This document shows, one piece after another, positions 13,026 to 29,302 of a stretch of DNA of 64,000 nt. Numbering within the stretch: the stretch's first letter is position 1; every line of letters starts with the position of its first letter. The position numbers and the translations under genes were made by a program. The DNA lies in assembly GCF_009914755.1 (NCBI RefSeq), contig NC_060928.1; one strand, 5' to 3'. Under the pieces are notes generated by a model. That model searched no databases. It had not been told where the DNA came from and saw nothing but the letters and a program-made list of their open reading frames with translations. The DNA is from the human T2T-CHM13v2.0 reference genome, Homo sapiens.

Positions 13026-15064
13026 AGCTGATCACTTCTCAGACCTCATTTCCCACTTCTTGCTCACTCATTTGCAGCCATACTTACCTCCTTGTTATTC
13101 TTTGAAAAGCCAGACATGCTTCTTCTTTCAGAACACTACTGTTCCCTCTAGGCCGATACATGAAAATGCTCCCTCCCGCAACATGCACATTGTCTGCATT
13201 CAATAGCGTTCCTGAAAGTTAAATCTAAAATTCCCCCCTGAAACTATGCTATTTATTCTACTAGGTTATTAGTTTTATAAGGAAACTTGATCTTATTCTT
13301 TCCTTGTTTCGCTTAATGGATCAAGTCATCACTAAATATAAAGTGAGTTCAAGAGTGAGGACACATTGATGTTTATAATGACTTATGGGTATGAAAACAT
13401 CTTTAACTCATGAAAGAAATTGAATTATGTTTGGTATGGTGTAGTTAGTGAGGTAGGAGATGAACAGTTTATTTCTAACAAGATTTTCAATAATAGATAC
13501 TGATATAAAGAGAGAATCTTGGTTAATTTAGGGTTAACCAGAAAACAACTTGAAATACCTCTTTGATTTCTTTTAGTTCAAGTTTCCACTGAAATAAACA
13601 CGTAAAGCTATTTTACGATAGATGGAAATTGCATCTTGTATTTATCTTATGCATACTTGAATATAATGTTCAAAGTTTTGTGCTGTAACATGATATAATA
13701 GTTTGTTCAAAGATACATTTTATTTTTGCTATCGTAGGAGCTGACACAAAAAAATTATAAATGGATGAACATTTTCAGGCTTTTAACAAGGTAATTGAGA
13801 AATGCATGCTTTCATGAAGAAGTATAAAATTCAGGAGGGTAATATATAATGTTACAAAAATGTCCTTTGATGAATGATGAAGGAGGAAGGGCTAAAACAT
13901 AATTATCCTATGTCACTCCTCAAGTCCAATTAACCACTAAGTGCTATTTATTCATTCTCTTGTATCTGTCCTTTTCTCTCCACCTTAGCACCAGCACCTT
14001 GAATTATGCCATCATCATTTTGCAGTCCACTATGGTAACAATTTCCTAAATGGTTTCCAAGACTCCTGTCTTGCCCCCTTAAGTTCACTTTTCACATTGT
14101 CACTGGAGTAATATTTCTTAAAATAAATGTGAATCATACAGTGACACCTTTCCCTTCTTAAACTCCTTCAGTAGCTCTCCATTGGCTTGAGGGAAATATA
14201 AGTGTGGTGCAGTATCTGCTCATTATCTAGTTAGTTTCTCTACATGCATTCATTGGGGATAGTGGATACAGAAAATTATGAATAAGTCAGATAATTCCAG
14301 AAAAAGTAGCTGCAGTACCAAGACCAGGAAGGACTGATCACCGTAAATGGTCACACAAACAGCCAGATTGAAAGAAAGGGCCAACAGCAAGTTTACTGCA
14401 CCACTGATCCTTGTCTTTACTGTACTATTGGGGTGAAGACACACTCCCTTTCTCTCAAGTTGGGATAAATGAATGTACCTCCTGTTATGCTGTCTCTGCC
14501 TTATTAACAGTAAAGAAGGCCAAAGACACATGGGGTCTCTGGCAAGTTCCTCTGGTTGCACTGGATTTAGTGTTTGTGGTTTGGGACCTAATAGCAAGAA
14601 ACAATGGCTAGTAGTCAAATCTGAGGATTAATACTCACGGGCTCCTGGAAGACTTTCCTTACTTCCTCCTCTTTCCAAGACTAGGTGATGTGTTCTTCTT
14701 TGTGCCAGTGGGAGTCTGTGATTATTTCTGTAACAGCATGTGTCAACCTTTATTCTAAATTCTAGTTTATTATGTTCCTCCTCCACCTGTCTGTATGTTA
14801 CTTAAGAACAACTGTAAGGACTTCACCTAGCACAGTTCCTGACACATACTGGACTCTGAATTAATAAAATGAATGAATTATTGAGATGTTGAATAATATC
14901 AGGATTGAGACTATCACTACAGTATAGTGTTATCTTCAAATCCCAGGGCTGCAGGGGCAAGTAGAGGACAAGACACTGCTGGATAAGAATGTCTCAGCTT
15001 ACTTAGTAAGAACCTTGGTCCTAATATATATGTAAAACAGCTGTAAGTTAAAATATAGTGATCA

Positions 15065-16150
15065 GAGTTGACACCCTTGCATTATTTCTGATCTCAAAGG
15101 AGAGTGATGAATGTTTCATCATGTGTGATGTTGGCTGTAGGTTTTTCATAGATGCCCTAAGTTAGACTGAGAAAGTTTCTTTCTATTTCTCATTTTCTGA
15201 AAGTTCTTATTAAAATGAGTGCTGAATATTACCAAATGCATGTTCTGGTTCTATTGAGGTTATTTTATGATATTTTCTTCTTAATATGGTGAATTAAATC
15301 AGTCAAAATTTTAGTGTTCAACAAAGAGCATTTCTGAGATAAACTCTTATCATGATGCATTATTCTTCTCCTTTGTCATATGATTTGATTTGCTAACATT
15401 TTGTTAAGAATTTTGTGTGTATGTTCATAGGTTTCAGATTTGTCTGTAGGTTTTTCATAGATGCCCTAAGTTAGACTGAGAAAGTTTCTTTCTATTTCTC
15501 ATTTTCTGAAAGTTCTTATTAAAATGAGTGCTGAATATTACCAAATGCATGTTCTGGTTCTATTGAAGTTATTTTATGATATTTTCTTCTTAATATGGTG
15601 AATTAAATCAGTCAAAATTTTAGTGTTCAACAAAGAGCATTTCTGAGATAAACTCTTGTCATGATGCATTATTCTTCTCCTTTGTCATGTGATTTGATTT
15701 GCTAACGTTTTGTTAAGAATTTTGTGTGTATGTTCATAGGTTTCAGATTTTATAAGTCCTGTTAACATCATTTCAGGTTCACTGACTCTTTCCTTGTCTG
15801 TGCCCAGACTGCATCAACTGATCAAATAAATTCTTCAGGTTTTTTATCATATATTTTTATTTCTAATAATCCCATTTGTTTCTTTTCTATAGTTTTCATC
15901 TCTCTCCTGTTGTACCCCAATATTGCTAACCTCTTCTTTAAAGCATTTAACATATTTCTCATAGTTATTTTAAAGCTCTTGTCTGAAAATTCCAACATCT
16001 AAGCCATCTCTGCATCAGACTTTATAACGGTTTCCCTTCTGAGGATGTATTAATTTTTTGATGTTTTATTTGTCTTAGAAGTTTGGATCACATGATAGTT
16101 ATTGTGTGTTAAAAATACAAAATAGTATAATGCTAAATAAGTATTATTTA
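15065..16150 (-). mobile_element. Old L1M fragment(s) containing a 309-bp tandem duplication
   Basis: Antisense L1 ORF2-like phrases (tgatgttggctgtaggtttttcatagatgcc, tttgctaacattttgttaagaatttttg). Confidence 0.7.
15135..15750. repeat. Tandem duplication, 2 x 309 bp
   Basis: 15135-15441 matches 15444-15750 with about 4 substitutions. Confidence 0.97.
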
Positions 16151-16170
16151 GCCCAGAAAAGTTTACATCT

Positions 16171-16544
16171 TGTGTTATTCTGTCCTCACACTGCTATAAA
16201 GAACTACCTGAGATTGGGCAAATTATGGAGAAAAGAAGTTTAATTGATTCACAGTTCCACAGGTTGTACAGGAAACATGTCTGGGAAGCCTCAGAAAACT
16301 CACAATCATGGTGGAAGGAAAAGGGGAGGCAAGCACCTTCTTCACATGGTGGCAGGAAAGAGAAAGCAAAGGGGAAGAGCTATACAGTTTCAAACAAGCA
16401 GATCTCATGATAATCCTATCATGAGAACAAGAAGGGGGAAGTCCAACCCCATGATTCAATCCCCTCCCATTAGGCCCCTCCTTCTACACATGGGGATTAC
16501 AATTCAACCTGAGATTTGGGTGGGGACACAGCCAAACCATATCA
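16171..16544 (-). mobile_element. THE1D/MSTA-type MaLR solo LTR
   Basis: TG...CA ends, perfect 5-bp TSD catct (16166-16170 / 16545-16549), gagatttgggtggggacacagccaaaccatatca. Confidence 0.92.
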
Positions 16545-17080
16545 CATCTCTGTTCTGTCAGACTGCCAGATATGGGGGCCTAAGTTAATGTAATCTGTAT
16601 TTCATTTTGTCTGAGCTTAGTTATACTTGTAATTAGATTTAGGTCACTACTGGCTTCAATTTCAGGGCAACATGATGGCCTTTCTCCAAGAAGAGGCTAG
16701 AAACGCATGACACTGTTTCTGAAAACAGCAATATGATTTGGGGATGGTCTTTGGAAGATGCAATACAATTTTAATAACCTTACTGTAGAATATATTTTTA
16801 CTCTTTAAATGTATTTTTGGTGTTCTAAAAAATAAGTAAAAAACCTTTCAGTCAACTCTGTTAAATAAAATTAGTATGACTAAAGGATAAAATGTTATGA
16901 TTACAGTAAGGTGGTGTGACGGCAGTGGGAAGATATTGATTTCTTAGACTGTTTTCTGCTTTGGCCCAAAGCAAAGTTCATAGCAGATTTCAAGCAATGG
17001 CAATCTCTTTGGACTAGGTTACTACCCAAGGCAATTACTTTGAAAGGGCAACGTGTCTGAATTAGTAATTTTTTCTCATC

Positions 17081-17240
17081 TAGTGCTTCTCAAAAGTTAA
17101 TGTGCATACAAATCACCTGGGAATTTTATTAAACTATAGTTTCTAATTCAGTATGTCTGAGGTAAGGCCTGAAATTTAGCATTTCTACTAAGCTCCCAAG
17201 TGATGCCAACCCTTGGATTACACCTTGATGTGCAATGGGT
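17081..17240. mobile_element. MER5-type hAT-Charlie DNA transposon
   Basis: agtgcttctcaaa..gcatacaaatcacctggg..gcatttcta..aagctcccaagtgatg. Confidence 0.7.
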
Positions 17241-17280
17241 TAGTCTCCTGGCCCTAATATCATAATTCCTGACTCCCTAC

Positions 17281-17810
17281 TATGGTAGCTAGCTTACAAG
17301 ATGGCCCCTTTGATTCATACCTGACGGCATTGTACACAGACCAATACTGTATCTGGATTGGTCCGTGTGATCAATTAGATATGGCAGAAGTGATGGTATG
17401 TCAATTCCAAGATTAAGTTACCTAAGACACTTTGGCTTCTGTCTTGGTTGATCTCTATTTTCTACTCTCTCACTCACTCTGGTGGCACTAACTGCCACCT
17501 TGGGAACATTCCTATGGAAAGTCTTACATGACAAGGAACTGAGGCCCAAAGCCAACAGACAGTGAGAAACTAAATGAGATCAGAAGTGGATCTTCCAGCC
17601 CTTTTCAAACCATCAGCTGAATGTATCCCCAGATGGTAACTTGCTACAACCTTGTGAAAGATTCAGAGCTAGAATTCTAGATTCTAAGCTACTAAAATTC
17701 TAGATTCCTGATCCTCAGAAACTCATAACAATAATAATAACCAATAATAAAGCTTTATTGTTTTAATTTGGTTGGATAGTTTCTTATGAAGAAATAGGTA
17801 ACAACCAGTG
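17281..17810 (+). mobile_element. MaLR LTR, MLT1F/G-like
   Basis: caagatggcccc...atggcagaagtgatggtatgtcaattccaagattaagtta...aaggaactgaggcc...gaagtggatcttccagccc. Confidence 0.7.
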
Positions 17811-17890
17811 CAGGTTGCTTAACTTCTCTATGTTAAACTCAATAATGTCTGTAGGTTTTAGAACAAGTAGATCACTGCTTTTCAGTTGGA

Positions 17891-18255
17891 TGCTATATAG
17901 GGTTGAATTGTGTTACTTCCCTCCCCTAGCCCCTCAAATGGTGGGCCCTAAATTCAATAACTGTTGTCCTTATAAGGAGACACAGAGACATAGACACACA
18001 GGAAAGAATCCCATGTGACAACAAAGGCTAAGAATAAAGTGTTGCAGCTGAAAGCCAAAGAATACAAAGGATGGCCAGCAATCACCAGAAGGCAGAAAGA
18101 GGAAAAGAAAGAAAGAGCCTTGAGAGGAACAATGGCTCTGTCAACATCTTGATTTTGGACTTCTCATCTCCAAAACTGTGAGAGAATACATTTCTGTTTT
18201 ATTAACCCATTCAGTTTGTGGTAATTTGTCATGGTGGCTCTAGGAAATGAATACA
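17891..18255 (+). mobile_element. MaLR LTR, MLT1B/C-like, internally deleted
   Basis: gggttgaattgtgtt...gccaaagaatacaaaggatggccagcaatcaccagaag...actgtgagagaatacatttctg...ggaaatgaataca. Confidence 0.75.
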
Positions 18256-20355
18256 GGTGCCCATAAGAATGACCTGTAAAACATCTAAAAATATACACGC
18301 CAAGATTATCTTGAAGACACTATGAATAACAATCTCAAACGTGGGGCTCAGGTATATGCATTTTTAACTCTAAAGCTTATGATACATAGTCAAGCTTGAG
18401 AACCTCTGAACTAGATGATTTTGTAGTCCTAAATCTAAAAGTCAATGGCTTCAAGTCCTAGTAAAATATTTTTAAGTGTGTTAATTTATAAGCCTACCTT
18501 GATTATTCATGCAAGTGCATGAAAGACATTTGTAATTATTTGCATGGATATATGCATAAACCTAATGAACTGTTTTGCACATTGACATTCTAGGTGTTGA
18601 GCTGTTCACATTAAGTTGTTTGTTTTGGAGTTAATATCAGTTTTAGAGACAACTACATTTAGATGTTTAAAGATTTACAATTATCCCAAACAAGAACAAC
18701 ATATGGTTTTGCTCCTATAAGTGCTTCACAAAGAATAACTGCTTGTATTCTCATGCATTTTTGGATTGTGTAATAAAGTGGAAAATTATCAGGATCTGGC
18801 TCTCCAGTTTTGACTAAAATAATTACTGAAGAAATTGAACAGATGCTGGGTATAAATAAATTTTATAAACTCAGATATTTTGGGGTTTTCTGTGCACTCT
18901 GGGCACACTTGTGGTGATATATTTATGATGGCCGCAGTGAAACAATTAGTTTGTACTTTTCCAGGTCACTGCAGTGAGGTGAATCTTTCACCTCGAAAAT
19001 ACCATAGCAATGTAGAGTCTGAATGTCATCGTTTTTATCTGGCTGTAGGAGGGAAAAGAAACTCTTATTCCTGTACAAGCAGAGGCTCCAGTCAAAAATT
19101 ACTTCTAAAATAATGCTGTGATTCTTTTCTGTTCTCTACTGGCAGTACCCAAAGCACAGGAAGCAAAATTTCCCTACTGAAAATAGAGATTCTAAAATTC
19201 GTTCCTATGAGTTTTGAGAGAAGAGTTGCTACCAATAGGATACGACCTCACAAATCTCAATACACACAGTTGGTGAGAAAGGTTGCCACTTCTACATCAT
19301 CATGTTTATCAAAGTGGACTAAGCCAATCATTCCCAGCCATTACTGGGAAATTAAATTTACAACTGCTATCAATGCCACACTCAGAGTTATTAAGGTAAA
19401 ATAAGATGAGTGGCCACCAAAATGGAGAGAAGTATAAGATTATGTTTTCAAACATCAGACACTTACCAGAGGGCAATTCTGGATGTATGATGATAACTGC
19501 ATATTTAGGCAAAAGGAGTGGGCATGCAGTAGAAGCTGTGATTCACATGTGGGCTTCAGTCAAGGCCATCAAAGAGCATCAAGGGAACAAGATACAGGAG
19601 AAGGAAGATAATTAGAACTTATTCTTAACATTCCTTAATTGCCAAAACTTTATCAGTAGCAGATGGTAGGTGAGCAGGAAATTTGGGAAATAACTACCTT
19701 TTTGACATTATCTCCAATTAAGAAGTCTTTCTCAGCTATCAAGACAAACTTTGAAATTATTGTATGTTCCCAGGTCGATATTAACTTGGAAAGTTTAATG
19801 AAATCTGTTTTCCTTCTGTCTATCATTTACTCTTACTATTTCCATCTGGTCTAAGGTGAAAAGATGAACTTTTCAATGATTCTATTCCAGGCTGCATACT
19901 CAGAGGCCCTCAGTGACTCATAAGTGTTACTTCTCATTGGATAACTTTTAGGGGAGAACTATCCTAACTGTACCATTAAAACAGACCTGCGAGAATGAAA
20001 ATGGGTTCCAATATGTCAGACGGCCATTATGTCACAGCAAGGGAATTTGATACAAAACAACAATGACACAAAACATTGCTACTTAGCATTCAGCATGAAT
20101 GCACTACTCTTTGGAAGAAGGAAATCATCCGAGGCAAATGCAAGAGCAGTGTAGAACAGTTGAAGATTTTGTATATCTCTTCACAACTCACATACTCAGC
20201 AGGATCTATGCAAGACAATTATTGCTCTGCCAAAAGAGATTAAATATGTCTGATATGTGCATTTGACAAATGTGTCCAGAAAAAAATGACCTCACAGAAC
20301 TTGATCACTTTTGACAACTTCTGTTTATATAGAACATTTGTCACTTACTCTATGG

Positions 20356-20850
<495 letters not shown>

Positions 20851-22059
20851 AAGCTGTGATACTAGGAATAGACGCCAGTTACTGGATAATGCCAAGCACT
20901 ATACTAAGTGCTTTATTAGCATTAGGTCAGTTAAACATCATGATAACCTCGCAAAATATATTCTTTCATTACCCCCATTGCAGAGGTAAAGAATCAGAGG
21001 CTTATCAATGAAAAGTAACTTGGCTACAGTCTCAAAGCTAACACATGGAAACTAGAGTTTCTAACTACATTCTGATTAGTCTAATGCTCATACTTTTAGC
21101 TTCTGAAGAATACCTAACCAGAAAAAGACAAGAAAAGAACTTCCCTAATTTTGTGCATAGATATACTGTAGGGACTATAGAAAAGTCAGCTGAAGGCCCA
21201 ACACAAAGAAGGCTACATACAATTTTTCTGGAAGTCAGCAATTGACCCAATGCTTAGAAAAATGACCACTCTTAAAGAAATAAAAGCTTCTATACTATGA
21301 AATAAAATAGCTGTACCATTTAAAAATGTAATGTAATAAGTGTTTTCCAAAATCTCAGTTAAGAAGCAACTAATCTAAAACACATTTTATCAGCTAACAT
21401 CTTGGAAATTGTGGCCACTAGCTCGGGCATTCTGTCTTCATTCCATCTAATGACCATATTAAGGTTATATGTAGTCTAGCTTCCCTCAGGACCATCTTTT
21501 AACACATTTTATTTCTGTGCTAAACATTCAGTTAAAAAAAAAAGAGTGAATGACGGCCATGCCATGTAAAAACCACTTTGGCATTTCTTTTATGGATTTG
21601 TGTCAAGAAAATGTTGAAAAGATTATTCAATGTTCCTCTAAGGACCCACATTAAACAAGACTTTAGTATTACTTTTCCATAATGGTGATTCATGATGAGT
21701 CATTAGATTGGCAAGATTTTAGTGACTCTTCCAGAAAACATTGTTTTGCTGTCCAGTAGGTGTGCAAGTACTAGACTGCACCTAGTTATGCTTGTGTCTC
21801 CATTGAACATCCTCTCAGAACCTTTAGCATGCTAATGTGTTTGTGAATGTCCAAGGGAGTCATAACATGGATAAAGTTTCCTAAATTTTTTGAACTATGG
21901 AATCTCTTTTTGGAGGATCACTGTGAAAGACCAGGGTTCATGGGTTAAGTGCTAGAACATATTTTTATGACTAAATATCAAGATTTCCTGAGCTATCAGT
22001 ATGCTCCATTTTTGTCCTATAGTCTAGAACTCAGAATCAAGTCAAGTGTTCAGTTGTGC

Positions 22060-22310
22060 AAACAGCATAGTTTAGAGAAAAACTAATTACTTCCAAAACA
22101 TGTCTACCTGGACTCAAATCCCGGTTCTGCCATTTGTTAATTGTGTGACTATAGCAAGACACTCAAACTCTCTTTGCCTCAGTTCTCTCATCTGGGAAAA
22201 AAGATTTTAAAATAAGAGCAGATTTTTAGGGTTGTGTTGATGATTAAAAACTGCAAAGTGTTTAGAAGAGTATCTGGCCCACAGTAAATTCTACATAAAT
22301 ATTTGTTAAC
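22060..22310 (+). mobile_element. MIR
   Basis: ctcaaatcccggttctgccattt..tgtgtgact..ctctttgcctcagttctctcatctg..tatctggcccacagtaa. Confidence 0.75.
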
Positions 22311-22428
22311 TAGCAATTAAACTAACTATCATGGCTAATATTGTTGCTCTCTCCTGCACGTCAGCATCTATTTCTGTTTTTTCAATTTAATGTACGTGAG
22401 TCATTTGTGGACGGCATACTTTTTTAGA

Positions 22429-22500
22429 ACTATACAAATGATGGCATGAGGACAATATAAATGATAGCATGAGGACTATATAAATGATAGCATGAGGACA
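22429..22500. repeat. Minisatellite, 3 x 23 bp (actatataaatgatagcatgagg)
   Basis: Units at 22429, 22452 and 22475, each 0-2 mismatches from the consensus. Confidence 0.95.
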
Positions 22501-24479
22501 TGATTTCAAATAAAGCAGGTGGGATAACAAGGAGCATTCAAAACAAACTTTATCAGTCAGTGTTCCTGAAAACAGTTCAGGAAAATAAGAGATCTGTCAG
22601 TTTAACATGAACATAGTTGATGGAGTCCTTTCAGTGGATCTGGCTGGTCATTGGTAGGTGCCAGCTTTGTGACACCCCACCACACTCAGTATCATCTAAC
22701 TCCATTTGCTCTGACCTTAAACAAATTTATGACATCAAACTGATTTCCCAAGAACACTTTCCTATGGAGATAATGACCTATTGTGAATATATGTTTTCCT
22801 CTTAACAGTTTATTGGTGTATGTACTTTTCTGATTGGGGGTAGCATAAATTAATTTACTGGATTAATTGATAGAAACATGCATGTTTTTATACAGGCAAA
22901 AGTGAAAGGATGCAGAGAAGAATGCAGAGGAAGCTGAAATAGCAATTACAATGTCCACAACCGGGTGACGTGGTCTTGATTACACTAGTGAGTCGGCCCT
23001 GCTTTCATTCCTAGGACTGGCACAGACTCTTGACGGCAGGGGGTTGTGCTTTACAAGTAGATCTGGTGATGAAGGCATTATTTGAAGAAATGGAGAAAAC
23101 CTGATGAGAGTACAGTTGTGAGACAATAATTAAATCAAGATGGAGACCAGGTTCAGAACCTGCCACTGTTAATGAAGATTTATTCACCAGTGACATTTGA
23201 TCAGATCTACTGGGTGGATTCTTAGAATTCATTAGTTAAAGACATAAAGTGGTCTCTCTGATTAAAGAGGGGAAAAACAGTAGGGAGCACCCATAAATTA
23301 CTATAGCTCAATTAGGTGCAGACAGTTTAGTGACTGTTTATTACTAGTACAAAGGAAGATTTTCCAATTAGATTAAAAGGTTTTGAAAACAAAAGTTATA
23401 GGCACAGTGATTTAGGCCGATTGCTAGAATAATGCATTGTGAGAAACTTTATTGATTAAAAAGTAAACCAGTAAGTTATTTGTAGTGTTCGTTGTTTATC
23501 AGTAGAATCCTTGCTGTGAGGTACAATTTTCTTCACAAGATCAATGGGAGAACTGGGCTAATTTCTCCTTGCCCTGAAAATTGATAAGCATATAAAGGGC
23601 AGCTATATCACTGCTGAAAAGACCAGCATGATTTATTCAGGTTAATCATCAAGAAAGTGACACTGCATAAATCACTGGGGATGTACCCTGCCAGGCTGGG
23701 CCCTTCAAGCTGGCTTCACTGTCATAAGTTGGGCCAAAAAGAAACAAAAAGAAACCTAGGATTTAATAAGACAAAGCCTTTAGCTTGCTAAGCTGCCATG
23801 AACTATTGCAAAACCTGGAAATGGCAAGAAATCAAAGGGAAGTTGCACAGATGCCTTCTCTGGTAGTGAACACTAGAAGTTACAAGAATAGTTTGGTGGA
23901 ATGAAGCCTAAGATGCTAGCTGGTAGCTCATGTGTCTCTTTGTTTGAAAGTGTCCATATGAATTCTAGGAGTGCTGAATATGCTGGAAATTGCTTTGCTT
24001 GGCCAGAGTAGGCATTGGAGTAGGCATTTCATTGGCCTCAATTTACTGCTTTCTCACTACCTGTGATTAAATATGAAATAAGGAAAGAAAAGCAAAGAAC
24101 TGATAGTTAAGTATCTGAATTCTTCAAATGCAGGAGCTGCTAATGTATGCTACATTATATTGCAACACATATTACAAAATTCTGCATAAAGAATGGGATA
24201 AACAAATTTTTTACCCTTAAAACTTTTTTTTATTATTATTATACTTTAAATTCTGGGGTACATGTGCAGAACGTGCAGGTTTGTTACACAGGTATATACG
24301 TGCCATGGTGATTTGCTGCACCCATCAACCCATCATCTACATTAGGTATTTCTGCTAATGCTATCCCTGCCCTAGCACCCCCAACCCCTGAAAGGTCCTG
24401 GTGTGTGATGTTCCCCTCCCTGTGTCCATGTGTTCTCATTGTTCAACTCCCAATTATGAGTGAGAACATGCAGTATCTA

Positions 24480-28212
<3,733 letters not shown>

Positions 28213-28275
28213 TATGATGTTAGCTGGTTATTTTGCTCATTAGTTGATGCAGTTTCTTCCTAGCATTGATGGTCT

Positions 28276-29302
28276 TTGCAATTTGGCATGTTTTTGCAGT
28301 GGCTGGTACCAGTTGTTCCTTTCTATGTACAGTGCTTCCTTCAGGAGCTCTTGTAAGGCAGGCCTGGTGGTGACAAAATCTCTCAGCATTTGCTTGTCTG
28401 TAAAGGATTTTATTTCTCCTTCACTTATGAAGCTTAGTTTGGCTGGATATGAACTTCTGGGTTGAAAATTCTTTTCTTTAAGAATGTTTAATATTGGCCC
28501 CCATTCACTTCTGGCTTGTAGGATTTCTGCAGATAGATCTGCTGTTAGTCTGATGGGCTTCCCTTTGTGGGTAACCCAACCTTTCTCTCTGGCTGCCCTT
28601 AACATTTTTTTCCTTCATTTCAACCTTAGTGAATCTGATGATTATGTATCTTGGGGTTGCTCTTCTGGAGGAGTAGCTTTGTTGTGGTCTCTGTATTTCC
28701 TGAATTTGAATGTTGGCCTGCCTTGCTAGGTTGGAGAAGTTCTCCTTGATAACATCCTGAAGAGTGTTTTCCAACTGGGTTCCATTCTCCCCGTCACTTT
28801 CAGGTACACCAATGAAACGTAGATTTGGACTTTTCAAGTAGTCCCATATTTCTTGGAGGCTTTGTTCATTTCTTTTCACTCTTTTTTCTCTAATCTTGTC
28901 TTCTCACTTTGTTTCATTGAGTTGATCTTCAATCTCTGATATCCTTTCTTCTGCTTGATCGATTCAGCTATTGATACTTGTGTATGCTTCATGAAGTTCT
29001 TGTGCTGCGTTTTTCAGCTCCAGCAAGTCGGTTATGTTCTTCTCTAAACTGGTTATTCTAGTTAGCAATTCCTCTAACCTTTTTTCAAGGTTCTTAGCTT
29101 TCTTGCATTGGATTAGAACATGCTCCTTTACCTCAGAGTAGTTTGTTATTACCCACCTTCTGAAGCCTACTTCTGTCTATTTGTCAAACTCATTCTCTAT
29201 CTAGTTTTGTTCCCTTTCTGGCGAGAAGTTGTGATCCTTTGAAGGAGAGGAGGCATTCTGGTTTTTGGACTTTTCAGCCTTTTTGTGCTGGTTTCTCCCA
29301 CC
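28276..29302 (-). pseudogene. L1 ORF1 (RNA-binding chaperone), disrupted
   Basis: ORF pieces 28505-28879 (EQSLQEIWDY..PNLRFIGVPE) and 28240-28605 (LRAAREKG..YPAKLSF). Confidence 0.9.

Noticed and set aside
14250-14618. 122-aa ORF and an unassigned segment between L2 fragments
   Set aside because: No recognisable protein motif. It may be an old LTR fragment, but I could not assign it.
17669-17708. ctagaattctag palindrome and a 17-bp near-duplicate
   Set aside because: A small slippage duplication inside an MLT1 LTR with no sign of function.
18880-19854. Run of four short plus-strand ORFs as exons of a gene
   Set aside because: No protein similarity and no consistent splice-phase structure could be established.
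21770-21960. Possible hAT-Charlie MER fragment
   Set aside because: The resemblance is too weak to name or bound without a Dfam search.
22429-22500. Short direct repeats as a CRISPR-like array
   Set aside because: There are no spacers and no cas genes, and the context is primate DNA.
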